Positions 17,818 through 27,137 of a stretch of DNA of 64,000 bases are shown here, one piece after another (positions within the stretch are counted from its first letter, which is position 1; the number at the start of each line of letters is the position of its first letter). Below the pieces are notes generated by a model, which saw only the letters and a list, made by a program, of their open reading frames with translations, had not been told where the DNA came from and searched no databases. This stretch comes from Bacteroidota bacterium (GTDB taxonomy: Bacteria > Bacteroidota > Bacteroidia > Flavobacteriales_D > Crocinitomicaceae). The stretch covers positions 31,983-95,982 of the forward strand of contig JASBTZ010000006.1 of the NCBI GenBank assembly GCA_030148165.1, given 5' to 3'. The position numbers and the translations under genes were made by a program.

Positions 17818-18768
17818 CTACATCAAATCAATAATCTGAAGAAGTGTTTTAGCTTTATTTTGAGTTTCCTCCCACTCTTTTTCAGGTATTGAATCCTTTG
17901 TTAACCCACCACCGACATATACTGAAATTGAATCATTGTAGACTTGCATACAGCGTAGGTTTACATACAATTCCGAATCGGAACCGAGCAGACCCAAGTA
18001 ACCTGTATACAACCCTCTTTCATATCCTTCATTCTCTATGATGTGCTGAACCGCTCTATCCTGCGGAATACCTGCCACTGCTGGTGTTGGGTGAATCTTG
18101 TCCACAATATGATAGTCGGAAACATCTGAATTAAAGCGAATATCAGTCCTAAGGTGTTTGACGGGTCCTGCAATGGCATCATAACGTTCACTTAAATCCA
18201 TCTTTTCCACGCTCAAAGCACTTAGTCGTTCTTTTAAAAAATCAACTACATATGCGTGCTCTTGGAATTCTTTTTCAGTCCATTCGACTTGAGATTCTGT
18301 TTGACGCGTACCTGCGAGTGCCATTACATGTTTCTCTTCGCCTTTTGACTTGATTAAAACTTCCGGGGAAGCGCCAATCCAGGTTCCGAACAATTCGCTC
18401 GAAATCAAATACACAAAGGCATCCGGATATGTTTCACAAAGTTCGACGAAGTATGAAGTCGGATCGATTTTATGCTGAATATTAATACTCCTGGACAGAA
18501 TTAATTTTTGCAAGTCATCAGATGTTAACTCACGAATAAACTCTTCTGCCTGCAAGAGATAGCTGGATTTATCCATATCACCCATACTATTATTCAAAAA
18601 ATGCAGCTGTTCTGTAGTGCTGTCCTCTTCGAAAACATATTTGTTTTCACCACTGAAATTGGTGACCACGAAACCACTAACTCCAACAAAATCATTTACC
18701 TTCTTGAATCGACCAATTAGAGTCTGACTCTCATTTCCTGGTTTTTTATATCGAAGAATATCACCCAT
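17818..18768 (-). CDS. menF: Isochorismate synthase (short chorismate-binding enzyme)
   Basis: 316 aa with chorismate-binding motifs IHPTPAVAGIP and YTGYLG...NLRCMQ...YVGGG. Adjacent to menD. Confidence 0.8.
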   Translation of the reverse strand: MGDILRYKKPGNESQTLIGRFKKVNDFVGVSGFVVTNFSGENKYVFEEDSTTEQLHFLNNSMGDMDKSSYLLQAEEFIRELTSDDLQKLILSRSINIQHKIDPTSYFVELCETYPDAFVYLISSELFGTWIGASPEVLIKSKGEEKHVMALAGTRQTESQVEWTEKEFQEHAYVVDFLKERLSALSVEKMDLSERYDAIAGPVKHLRTDIRFNSDVSDYHIVDKIHPTPAVAGIPQDRAVQHIIENEGYERGLYTGYLGLLGSDSELYVNLRCMQVYNDSISVYVGGGLTKDSIPEKEWEETQNKAKTLLQIIDLM

Positions 18769-19188
18769 TTACTTGCGAGGCATAATCATCAATGTTAATC
18801 GGCCTGTGCATATTAGCTTTTCGGTCGATTCATGATGGATATCAACTTGCCAGACATGTGTTTTAGCGCCACGATGAACCAATTTACCTGTCGCTATGAC
18901 AAAACCGTCTCTGGCACCTGATATATGATTCGCATTGATCGTCAGACCGAGAGGTATGTGTTTTTCGAGATCCAGCACCGTAGCCGAGCCAATCGACCCT
19001 ACGCTTTCAATCAACGCTGCACTGGCTCCTCCATGAAGTAAGCCTAGTTGTTGACGGGATTTATCTGTTACGGGCATTTTGATCTTGATCAAGCCTTCCG
19101 AAAAATCGATACACTCCATTTCAAGCGCTTCCATGAGTGTCCCGCTGTTCATTTTATTTATCTGTGCTATCTGTTCTTCCTTTGTCAT
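18769..19188 (-). CDS. PaaI/hotdog-fold thioesterase, probably 1,4-dihydroxy-2-naphthoyl-CoA hydrolase
   Basis: 139 aa with LHGGASAALIESVGS. It is the first gene of the menF-menD string. Confidence 0.75.
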   Translation of the reverse strand: MTKEEQIAQINKMNSGTLMEALEMECIDFSEGLIKIKMPVTDKSRQQLGLLHGGASAALIESVGSIGSATVLDLEKHIPLGLTINANHISGARDGFVIATGKLVHRGAKTHVWQVDIHHESTEKLICTGRLTLMIMPRK

Positions 19189-19192
19189 ATCA

Positions 19193-19200
19193 CAAATTTA
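19193..19200 (-). promoter_or_regulatory. Bacteroidota sigma-A -7 box TAAATTTG (TAnnTTTG) upstream of the thioesterase-menF-menD string
   Basis: Exact consensus match on the minus strand, 5-12 nt upstream of the ATG at 19188. This implies a leaderless or very short-leader mRNA. Confidence 0.3.
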
Positions 19201-19287
19201 AGCTTGTTTATCATGATACACAGTATAACCTTAATAAATATTCAACAGATTTCGCCGACCCTTATCCGAATACATTAAATTCGCCTT

Positions 19288-20295
19288 ATGATCCAGGAAT
19301 CTGTTTCTTTAAAGCCCTACAATACCTTTGGGATTGATGTTAATGCTAAAAGGTTTGCACAATTTTCATCAATTGCTGAATTGCGAGATGTTTTGGCCGA
19401 ATTGAAGGGTGACCAATTGCTTGTGATTGGCGGGGGAAGCAATCTGCTATTAACAAAGGACTTTGACGGATTAGTTGTTCGTAACCAGATCAAGGGAATC
19501 GAAGTGATAAAAGAAACTGACGAGCACGTATGGGTGCGCGCAGGCGCAGGAGAAGTGTGGCATGACTTCGTTGTGAAGTGCATTCAGATGGGATATGGAG
19601 GTGTAGAAAATTTATCCTTAATTCCCGGTAATGTTGGTGCAAGTCCCATGCAAAACATCGGGGCCTACGGTGTCGAGATCAAGGATGTGTTTGATTCACT
19701 TGAAGCTTACCATTTAAAAACTGGTAAATTGGAAACCTTTGATGCAGACGCCTGTGATTTTGGCTATCGTGAAAGTGTTTTCAAACGATCGTTAAAGGGA
19801 GAATACATTATTTGCTCGGTAACGTATCGGCTTGATAAAAATCCAACGATCAATACTAGTTATGGTGCTATCAAGCAGGAGCTACAAGCGCTAAAAGTTT
19901 CAAATCCAACCATCAAAGATGTGAGCCAGGCGGTCATCAATATTAGAAGCCGAAAGCTACCGAACCCGGAAGTGATTGGTAATGCGGGAAGCTTTTTTAA
20001 AAATCCCGTGGTCGATAAAGATCTATTTGAAGAAATCAAGTCGGATTTTGAAGAGGTCCCCAACTACCCGGCCCCAGATAATAAGGTCAAACTCGCGGCT
20101 GGTTGGTTAATAGAAAAAGCCGGGTGGAAAGGTAAACATATCGGAAATTATGGTGTTCACAAGAATCAGGCGCTGGTCCTGGTGAATTATGGAGGTGCGA
20201 GTGGATCCGAAATCTACGACCTTTCCGAGTCGATCATTAACGATGTGGAAGCGAAGTTTGGAATTCGATTAGAACGAGAAGTCAACATTATTTAA
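19288..20295 (+). CDS. murB: UDP-N-acetylenolpyruvoylglucosamine reductase
   Basis: 335 aa with the FAD-binding domain GGGSNLL and the MurB C-terminal domain KLAAGWLIEKAGWKG. Confidence 0.9.
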   Translation: MIQESVSLKPYNTFGIDVNAKRFAQFSSIAELRDVLAELKGDQLLVIGGGSNLLLTKDFDGLVVRNQIKGIEVIKETDEHVWVRAGAGEVWHDFVVKCIQMGYGGVENLSLIPGNVGASPMQNIGAYGVEIKDVFDSLEAYHLKTGKLETFDADACDFGYRESVFKRSLKGEYIICSVTYRLDKNPTINTSYGAIKQELQALKVSNPTIKDVSQAVINIRSRKLPNPEVIGNAGSFFKNPVVDKDLFEEIKSDFEEVPNYPAPDNKVKLAAGWLIEKAGWKGKHIGNYGVHKNQALVLVNYGGASGSEIYDLSESIINDVEAKFGIRLEREVNII

Positions 20296-20297
20296 AA

Positions 20298-21515
20298 TCA
20301 CCATTGATCTTCCGTTCCTTCCTCTTTGTTAGTGCGATCAATCAGTGATTGCCAATCATCACTTTCGTCATCAGAATCTTCTAATATGTATCGGTATTCG
20401 CCTTTGGATATCTCGAATCGTTCTATCTCCTGCCCGGTATATTCTTCGATGGCCTTAAGAAGTTCCTCCTCGCGATCACTACAAAATGTCAGAGCCTGCC
20501 CCCGATTGGTTCCTCGTCCCGTTCTACCACATCTGTGCACATAGTTTTCAGGATCATCCGGAACGTCGTAATTGATAACAAGCTCCACGTTAGGTATATC
20601 GATGCCTCTTGCTGCAACATCCGTGGTTATCAGAAGTCTGTTATCCCCGGAACGAAACCTGTTTAGAATGTCAAATCGTTCCTGTTGCTCCACACCACCA
20701 TGCAGTCCCTCTGAATCAATTCCGACACGCTTCATGGCTTCCACCACTCTTTCGACACGGACCTGCGTTCGTACAAACGCAACAATCTTGATCTCCGGAT
20801 ACTCCTTGACAATATTTTCCAGAAAGAAGCGCTTATCGTCCATGTCGACAGACATCACAGCGTGATTGATGTTCTTATTGATGAAGTCCTTGGGAGAAAT
20901 TTGAATTCGAATCGCATTCCTCACCAGGTCGTAAGCAGCTTTCTTTACTTTTTTAGAAATCGTTGCAGAAAAGAATAAGGTCTGTCTTTTCTTCGGGATG
21001 TGTCGTTGCACATCGATTATGTCTTTAGCGAAACCCATATCTAACATAAGATCGGCTTCATCCAGGACCAGGTGTTTCACCTGATCAACTTTTAAAACAC
21101 CCTGAGAAATGAGATCAAACATTCTACCAGGAGTGGTAATAAGAACATCAATTCCCTTGCGAATTTTTTCTATTTGCGTGTCTTGTTCAACTCCACCGAA
21201 TAGTGCCAGACTCTTAATATTTAGTTCTTTACCAATTGACTTAAATACTTCGTCGATTTGCAATGCTAATTCACGTGTTGGCACCATTACCAGACATCGC
21301 AAAACTCCTTGCTTTTTATCTCTGATTAGCTGATCCAGGATTGGAATAACAAATGCAGCAGTCTTACCTGTGCCTGTTTGTGCGACAGCCATAACATCTT
21401 CACCATCTAAGATGTGCTTAATCGACTTGAATTGAATATCCGTCGGCCTGTTGAATCCCAATTCACGAAGCTGGGTCTTTATCCTTTTGTCAATATGATA
21501 GTCGTCGAACTTCAC
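20298..21515 (-). CDS. DEAD-box ATP-dependent RNA helicase
   Basis: 405 aa with motifs AQTGTGKT, PTRELA, DEAD (LDEADLML), SAT and HRCGRTGR, plus an acidic C-terminal tail. Confidence 0.9.
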   Translation of the reverse strand: MKFDDYHIDKRIKTQLRELGFNRPTDIQFKSIKHILDGEDVMAVAQTGTGKTAAFVIPILDQLIRDKKQGVLRCLVMVPTRELALQIDEVFKSIGKELNIKSLALFGGVEQDTQIEKIRKGIDVLITTPGRMFDLISQGVLKVDQVKHLVLDEADLMLDMGFAKDIIDVQRHIPKKRQTLFFSATISKKVKKAAYDLVRNAIRIQISPKDFINKNINHAVMSVDMDDKRFFLENIVKEYPEIKIVAFVRTQVRVERVVEAMKRVGIDSEGLHGGVEQQERFDILNRFRSGDNRLLITTDVAARGIDIPNVELVINYDVPDDPENYVHRCGRTGRGTNRGQALTFCSDREEELLKAIEEYTGQEIERFEISKGEYRYILEDSDDESDDWQSLIDRTNKEEGTEDQW

Positions 21516-21523
21516 TACTTCCC

Positions 21524-21553
21524 AATAAAAAACCGCTCGCGATGCGAACGGTT
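21524..21553 (-). terminator. Intrinsic terminator downstream of the zinc-ribbon gene
   Basis: Stem aaccgctcgc / gcgaacggtt (one mismatch) with loop gat. The plus-strand A-run 21527-21532 reads as a T-run on the minus strand. Confidence 0.55.
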
Positions 21554-21573
21554 CTGCAACTATTAATTAGTTA

Positions 21574-22440
21574 TTAATCTTCCTTTTCGCTTGGAACGAG
21601 GATTCGTCCACAATGCTCGCAAGTAATTAATTTTTTCTTTGTTTCGATATCCAATTGTCTTTGCGGTGGAATCTTGTTGAAGCATCCTCCACATGAATCT
21701 CTATCGACAGGAACTACTGCTAATCCGTTCTTAGCACTTTCTCTCAAACGAGCATAAGCATTTGCAATTCTTGGATCCATAGCTTTGAGCGCTGATTTTG
21801 ATTTCTTATCCAGCTTTTCCTCTTGCGTTTGAGTTTCAGCAATGATCTCATCCAACTCAGCTTTTTTCGTTTTCAGATCTTCAGCTCTGAACTCTTTTCT
21901 CGCTACCGCTTCTTCGAGAATTTCTTTCTTTTGCTCAATCTTAGCTTTAGCCTCTTTGCTTTTCTTCTCGTTAAGTTTAATCTCCAACTCCTGATATTCT
22001 ATCTCTTTTGAAATAGATTCGAACTCTCTATTGTTACGAACATTATTCTGCTGCTCTTTGTATTTTTTGATTGCTGATTCGGCTTCCTTATTGGCATTCT
22101 TTCTATCAGAAATATCAGTTTCGAGTTCTTTTATCTCGTCGTTGATTTTAGCAATACGCTTCTCCAATCCTTCAACTTCTGCTTCCAGATCCTCCACTTC
22201 CAACGGCAGCTCTCCTCGTACCGTTCTGATTCGATCAATCTCTGAATCTATTCTTTGAAGTTCGTATAAGCTATCGAGCTTCTCAGCAACAGTCAAATCT
22301 TTTTTCTTAGCTGTTTTCTTAGTAGCTGCAGGCTTTTTCTCTTCTACCTTATCTGAGGCAGTTTTCTTAGTTGCAGTCTTCTTTGCAGCCGTCTTCTTCG
22401 TTTCGGTCTTCTTTGTTGCACTTTTTTTTGCAGTCGCCAT
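21574..22440 (-). CDS. Coiled-coil C4 zinc-ribbon protein (COG1579/DUF164 type) with a Lys/Thr/Ala-rich N-terminal tail
   Basis: 288 aa. The tail is ATAKKSATKKTETKKTAAKKTATKKTA. A long heptad-rich coiled coil follows. The C-terminal zinc ribbon is CGGCFNKIPPQ...CEHCGRIL. It lies next to a Nif3 gene, a conserved pairing. Confidence 0.7.
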   Translation of the reverse strand: MATAKKSATKKTETKKTAAKKTATKKTASDKVEEKKPAATKKTAKKKDLTVAEKLDSLYELQRIDSEIDRIRTVRGELPLEVEDLEAEVEGLEKRIAKINDEIKELETDISDRKNANKEAESAIKKYKEQQNNVRNNREFESISKEIEYQELEIKLNEKKSKEAKAKIEQKKEILEEAVARKEFRAEDLKTKKAELDEIIAETQTQEEKLDKKSKSALKAMDPRIANAYARLRESAKNGLAVVPVDRDSCGGCFNKIPPQRQLDIETKKKLITCEHCGRILVPSEKED

Positions 22441-22443
22441 GCG

Positions 22444-23541
22444 CTAATAATAATTTATAGGGTTTGTATTTACCTCTGTTAAATGAACGGCAAATTTAGG
22501 AAATTTTTTCGTCAATAGATCAGCTAATAAATTAGAAGTGAATTGCTCACTCTCATAATGTCCAATATCTGCAATCATGATTTGACCATCTGCATCGAAA
22601 AAGTCATGATATTTAAAGTCACCCGTTATGAAAACATCGGCTCCTGAACGCTTTGCATTGTTTAGCAAGAAACTACCCGAGCCACCACAGAATGCAACTT
22701 TCGATATCTTTTTACCAAGCTTTGCCGTGTGACGTATGGCTCCACAATGGAATGCCTCCTTCAGCATTTTTAAAAAAGATTCCTCTTCAATTGGTTCCTG
22801 TAATTCTCCTATCATGCCACTCCCTTCGAATTGATTTACATTTTCAAGCGGAATAACATCATACGCTACTTCCTCGTACGGGTGTGCATTTTTCATTGCT
22901 ACAACTGCCTTATTCATCAAGTGCTTACTTACAAGGACTTCAACTTTAATTTCACTTACCTCTGATCGCTCGCCAGTCTTACCTTCAAAAGGATTGCTAC
23001 CATCTAAGGGCATAAAAGTCCCTGTTCCGTTCATCTGATAACTGCACTCAGCGTAATCTCCAATATTTCCTGCACCGACCTTAAACATCGCAGACAGGAC
23101 ATTCTCAGCATGATCTTTCGGAACATAACACACCAACTTACTCAGAACTCCGGATTTAGGCGCTAGTACACGAAGGTTTTGTAAGCCCAATCTTTTCCCA
23201 ATCTCATGATTCACACCCAATCGATAATTATCAAGATTGGTGTGGATCGCATAAATCGTCAAATCATTTTTTATCGCTTTAATGAGCGTGCGCTCCACAT
23301 AATTGCTTCCGATTAACTTCTTCAGGCCTGAAAAAACAATGGGGTGATGTGCAATTATCATATTGCATCCTTTATTCAAAGCATCTTCAAGAATTTCTTC
23401 AGTACAATCGAGAGCAAGCAAAATCCCATTAACCTCAGCCTCAGGATTACCAGTGATTAACCCTGCATTATCGTAACTTTCCTGGCTACTTAACGGCGCC
23501 AGGCTCTCCAGATAGCCTGTTATGTCTTTTACTTTTAACAT
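22444..23541 (-). CDS. Nif3-like dinuclear metal centre protein
   Basis: 365 aa with N-terminal DNAGL..G, IIAHHP and C-terminal ITGDFKYHDF...IGHYESE. Confidence 0.85.
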   Translation of the reverse strand: MLKVKDITGYLESLAPLSSQESYDNAGLITGNPEAEVNGILLALDCTEEILEDALNKGCNMIIAHHPIVFSGLKKLIGSNYVERTLIKAIKNDLTIYAIHTNLDNYRLGVNHEIGKRLGLQNLRVLAPKSGVLSKLVCYVPKDHAENVLSAMFKVGAGNIGDYAECSYQMNGTGTFMPLDGSNPFEGKTGERSEVSEIKVEVLVSKHLMNKAVVAMKNAHPYEEVAYDVIPLENVNQFEGSGMIGELQEPIEEESFLKMLKEAFHCGAIRHTAKLGKKISKVAFCGGSGSFLLNNAKRSGADVFITGDFKYHDFFDADGQIMIADIGHYESEQFTSNLLADLLTKKFPKFAVHLTEVNTNPINYY

Positions 23542-23551
23542 AATTCAATAA

Positions 23552-24304
23552 TTACAATTGCATTCCCAAACGAATGTTGAATCCCATGGCGCGTGCAAAA
23601 TGCTTGTGGGGGTCGTTAGTTCCATAGCTGGATCCCAGCTGCATTCTGTATTCGGGAATGAAAGCCAACACCCATTGGTCATTAAATCTAACGAAAGCAC
23701 CAAGATTAGCAACTGCACTAAAAACAAATGAATTCATATTTGGTTTCATGGTAATGGTCTGAGAACCAGTTGCATTTAATGAATCAATCCAATGTTGATC
23801 TTGTTGATAGCCAACAAACATTTGCGGTATTATACCAATGGCTGCAATCAGTCCTGCATTTTTTCCATATTGATAACTCACTTTTATTGGCATAGACATG
23901 TACGAATACGTTGTCTTATAACTAAAACTCGTGTCTGTATCACTGAATTTGTAGCTCTCGCCATTTCTGATGTATGAGATACCTCCTTGCCAGAACAGGT
24001 CCTTTTTGATTCTACTCTTAAAACCAACGCCGTATGACCAGGTATCCAGGTAAGATTCATTGGCCCGTTCACGAAGAGAATCACCAAATAAACCGTCATT
24101 TATTTCCAACACTCTGTTTGTCCTGGACCAATTCGCGTAGGCAAAAATCTCGGTATCCCAGATTTTATCTGCCTCAGGGATATCAACTTCCTCTTCGATT
24201 TCCGCAACAGAATCCGATTCGCTGGTAATCGTTATTTGACTGTTAGATATCTTACAAACACCTAACAAGAGGGCAAAAAGTAAGACTAGTTTCTGGCGAT
24301 ACAT
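23552..24304 (-). CDS. Predicted small outer-membrane beta-barrel protein
   Basis: 250 aa with signal peptide LVLLFALLLGVCKISNSQ. Alternating aromatic/polar beta-strand pattern, and the C-terminal strand FNIRLGMQL is typical of OM barrels. Confidence 0.5.
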   Translation of the reverse strand: MYRQKLVLLFALLLGVCKISNSQITITSESDSVAEIEEEVDIPEADKIWDTEIFAYANWSRTNRVLEINDGLFGDSLRERANESYLDTWSYGVGFKSRIKKDLFWQGGISYIRNGESYKFSDTDTSFSYKTTYSYMSMPIKVSYQYGKNAGLIAAIGIIPQMFVGYQQDQHWIDSLNATGSQTITMKPNMNSFVFSAVANLGAFVRFNDQWVLAFIPEYRMQLGSSYGTNDPHKHFARAMGFNIRLGMQL

Positions 24305-24307
24305 AAT

Positions 24308-25165
24308 TTAATGCGTGGTTGTCATATTACTATTAACGCATATGATAAAGTCTGCGCGTCCTTCGTTCTCTTCAAGTAACTTGCTTACATCGTCTTGAGA
24401 GACCGTGGAAATTGTCATAAAAGATGCATCCGGATCTTCTTGCTGAACGTACCACATGATTCCCTGGAAGTAATCGGAATGATATGCACCATTAAAATGC
24501 AATACAGCGTCTCCTTCCTTTTTCAATTTTAAAATGAAGTGACCCATCGTTGCATCCTTCAGTGCCTGAGCTTCCATCAGATTTCCTCCTCCCATGTGAG
24601 CAGCCATTGCCAACAGTTCAGCATATTGAGAAAGCGTCGTGTCTATTATAAAGTCCAATGGTGCAATCCACGATTTTTCTTCTGTCGACAGGTCATTCAA
24701 TGCTTCTCTTCCTTGTTTAAATAAAAGGCTGGCATATCTTCTTGGAACATTTGAAGCAATCACTCTGAGTGAGGTGTCCTTTGCAAATTCAATCAGTGGT
24801 TTATAATCAGTTTTATAGTTTGGCCAGAGACGGCAGCTATCTTTGAATTCTTTTGGCTCGACATTCCCCGCCAAATAATCATTAATAAGATCCTGTTGAT
24901 CCTGTTCGAACATTTCGAATGCCAACACAAGGTTCTGACCTTCATTCGAATGCATATACCTCATCAACTCATATTGTAACCAATGTGAGATAGGATTGTT
25001 GTGATATTCACCAAAAAAGACGTAATCCATGTCTTCGGAAGCGGCAAACATCTTTTCAACTTTAACTTTTTTACCTTTCGAATCAAAGATTTGATAAGCC
25101 TGAGTCTTTTGAGCAAATAAATTAAAGCTTAATACTAAGCTGAGTGCTATGATGTAAATTTTCAT
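24308..25165 (-). CDS. ChaN-family (haem-binding uptake / Tiki-superfamily) periplasmic protein
   Basis: 285 aa with a signal peptide, FGEYHNNPISHW (GE.H....H motif) and a later GAYH motif. Confidence 0.65.
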   Translation of the reverse strand: MKIYIIALSLVLSFNLFAQKTQAYQIFDSKGKKVKVEKMFAASEDMDYVFFGEYHNNPISHWLQYELMRYMHSNEGQNLVLAFEMFEQDQQDLINDYLAGNVEPKEFKDSCRLWPNYKTDYKPLIEFAKDTSLRVIASNVPRRYASLLFKQGREALNDLSTEEKSWIAPLDFIIDTTLSQYAELLAMAAHMGGGNLMEAQALKDATMGHFILKLKKEGDAVLHFNGAYHSDYFQGIMWYVQQEDPDASFMTISTVSQDDVSKLLEENEGRADFIICVNSNMTTTH

Positions 25166-25189
25166 TTATTTTGTTTTTTGAATGGAACA

Positions 25190-25197
25190 CAAATTTA
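25190..25197 (-). promoter_or_regulatory. -7 box TAAATTTG upstream of the ChaN / barrel / Nif3 / zinc-ribbon string
   Basis: Exact TAnnTTTG match on the minus strand, 25-32 nt upstream of the ATG at 25165. Confidence 0.35.
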
Positions 25198-25232
25198 AGC
25201 GATTTGTGGACTTTAAGCTAATTTAAGTTGAG

Positions 25233-27137
25233 ATGCTGAACAAATCCGATCTGTTTCCCGAACATCTGCGTTCTTTGTTCAAGAAGTTGGGGATTGCAGT
25301 ATTGATGCTCTATCTCACAAGAATCATATTTTATTTTTTCAACCTTAGTTCATTTCCGGGAATTGGAATTAGTGATTTTTTAATTGCTATTTGGTTCGAT
25401 ATAATTACGGTTAGTTTACTCTTTCTGCCTTTTTACACCTTGTTTCTTTTACCTGTGCCATTTCGCGCAAACAAGTGGTATCGAATATTCTTTAAGGTAT
25501 TATTTCACACGATCAACACAACCCTTATCGCCTTTAATTTACTTGACGTCGAGTATTTTAAATTCACAAGTAAACGATCCACTTTCGATCTATTTACGAT
25601 GGTCAGTACTGGCAATGACTTCAATCAGCTCATTGGAACCTTTATAGGGGACTTTTGGTTTCTAATCATCATATTACTTGTATTCATTTTGTTAAGTGAA
25701 TGGCTCTATCGGAAAACAGAAAAGCCACAGCTTGAAATGGAACGTTTTGGATATGTAAAACACACGGTGGCATTGATTGCTACTATGGCAGTGCTCATTA
25801 TATTCAGTCGAGGAGGATTTGGGTTAAAACCGGTAGGAATCATCGAAGCCTCCAGGTATGTGCAGCCCGATCATACAGCTTTCATTTTACCCACTCCATT
25901 CACTTTAATCAAGACTATTGATCAGGGAGGCCTGGAACCTGCAGAATATTTCCCTGGGGATGGTGATAAGGCTTATTTCTCGCCTATTAAAACAAGCGAT
26001 CCACAGCAAATCTTACCAGACAAGACAAATGTCATGATCATAATGCTTGAAAGTTTCGGGAACGAATTCGTAGGAACTTATAGTGGGAATAAGAGCTATG
26101 CTCCTTTTCTTGATTCGATATTGAGTCATTCTTTGTATTTCAAGTATGCCTTTGCAAATGGTAAGAAATCCATCGAAGCGGTTCCGGCTGTCATTGCTTC
26201 ACTTCCAACGTTCATGGATAACCCATATATTTCATCACCATACGGAGACAACGAAATTAAAGCACTTCCGGAGATTCTTAAAGAGCATGGGTATGAATCC
26301 GCTTTTTTTCATGGGGCAACGAACGGCTCTATGCGTTTCGATGGTTTCGCTGCTATTTGCGGTTATGATCATTATTTCGGAAGATTTGAATACGATAACG
26401 ATGATCATTTTGATAAGACCTGGGGAATTCTCGACGAATACTTCAATCCATGGACAGCTAAAAAACTGACTGAGTTAAAAAAGCCCTTCTTTGGCACTTT
26501 ATTTACCTTATCCTCCCATCATCCCTTCTTCATCCCTAAACACATGCGTAAAAAGGTCAAATATGGACCTCAGCCAATATGCGCCTCCGTCAGCTATGGT
26601 GATTATGCACTTCGAAAGTTTTTTGATGAAGCAAAAAAACAACCCTGGTATGACAATACCTTGTTCGTTATTTTGGCAGATCACACACCGGGGTCAAATA
26701 CACCTTTATACAACCAGCGAACTCATTTATATCGAATACCTATCGCCTTCTATCACCCCGGTGGTAAAATTGAAGCAAAAGCGAGTGATCATGTGTTCCA
26801 ACAATTGGATATAATGCCCACCATACTTGATCTTTTGAATATCGAAACAGAATATTATGCATATGGAAATTCATACTACTCAGATAACCCTGGTGAAGCT
26901 TTGACGTATCTAGAGGGAAGCTATTATTACTTTTTCAACAACAAAATGCTAACATTTTCGAAGGATCGGGCACGAAATTTGTTTAACTTTACAACGAATG
27001 AAGTTGAACCTTTGGATTCAATTTCGTACTTTTCAGAAGGATTAACTGTAAAGGAATTGAGGATCAAAGCGATTATTCAAAGATATAATCGAGATTTGAT
27101 CAACAATGACACCAGTATAGATGAAGGAAAAAATTAG
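25233..27137 (+). CDS. LTA-synthase / phosphoglycerol-transferase family membrane sulfatase-fold enzyme
   Basis: 634 aa with about 5 N-terminal TM helices. The extracytoplasmic alkaline-phosphatase-superfamily domain contains MIIMLESFG, TNGS and ILADH. Confidence 0.8.
   Translation: MLNKSDLFPEHLRSLFKKLGIAVLMLYLTRIIFYFFNLSSFPGIGISDFLIAIWFDIITVSLLFLPFYTLFLLPVPFRANKWYRIFFKVLFHTINTTLIAFNLLDVEYFKFTSKRSTFDLFTMVSTGNDFNQLIGTFIGDFWFLIIILLVFILLSEWLYRKTEKPQLEMERFGYVKHTVALIATMAVLIIFSRGGFGLKPVGIIEASRYVQPDHTAFILPTPFTLIKTIDQGGLEPAEYFPGDGDKAYFSPIKTSDPQQILPDKTNVMIIMLESFGNEFVGTYSGNKSYAPFLDSILSHSLYFKYAFANGKKSIEAVPAVIASLPTFMDNPYISSPYGDNEIKALPEILKEHGYESAFFHGATNGSMRFDGFAAICGYDHYFGRFEYDNDDHFDKTWGILDEYFNPWTAKKLTELKKPFFGTLFTLSSHHPFFIPKHMRKKVKYGPQPICASVSYGDYALRKFFDEAKKQPWYDNTLFVILADHTPGSNTPLYNQRTHLYRIPIAFYHPGGKIEAKASDHVFQQLDIMPTILDLLNIETEYYAYGNSYYSDNPGEALTYLEGSYYYFFNNKMLTFSKDRARNLFNFTTNEVEPLDSISYFSEGLTVKELRIKAIIQRYNRDLINNDTSIDEGKN

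Noticed and set aside
26146-26814. Two 107-aa plus-strand ORFs inside the LtaS-like gene
   Set aside because: They are in alternative frames of a gene whose main frame carries the full sulfatase-fold motif set. There is no independent start context.
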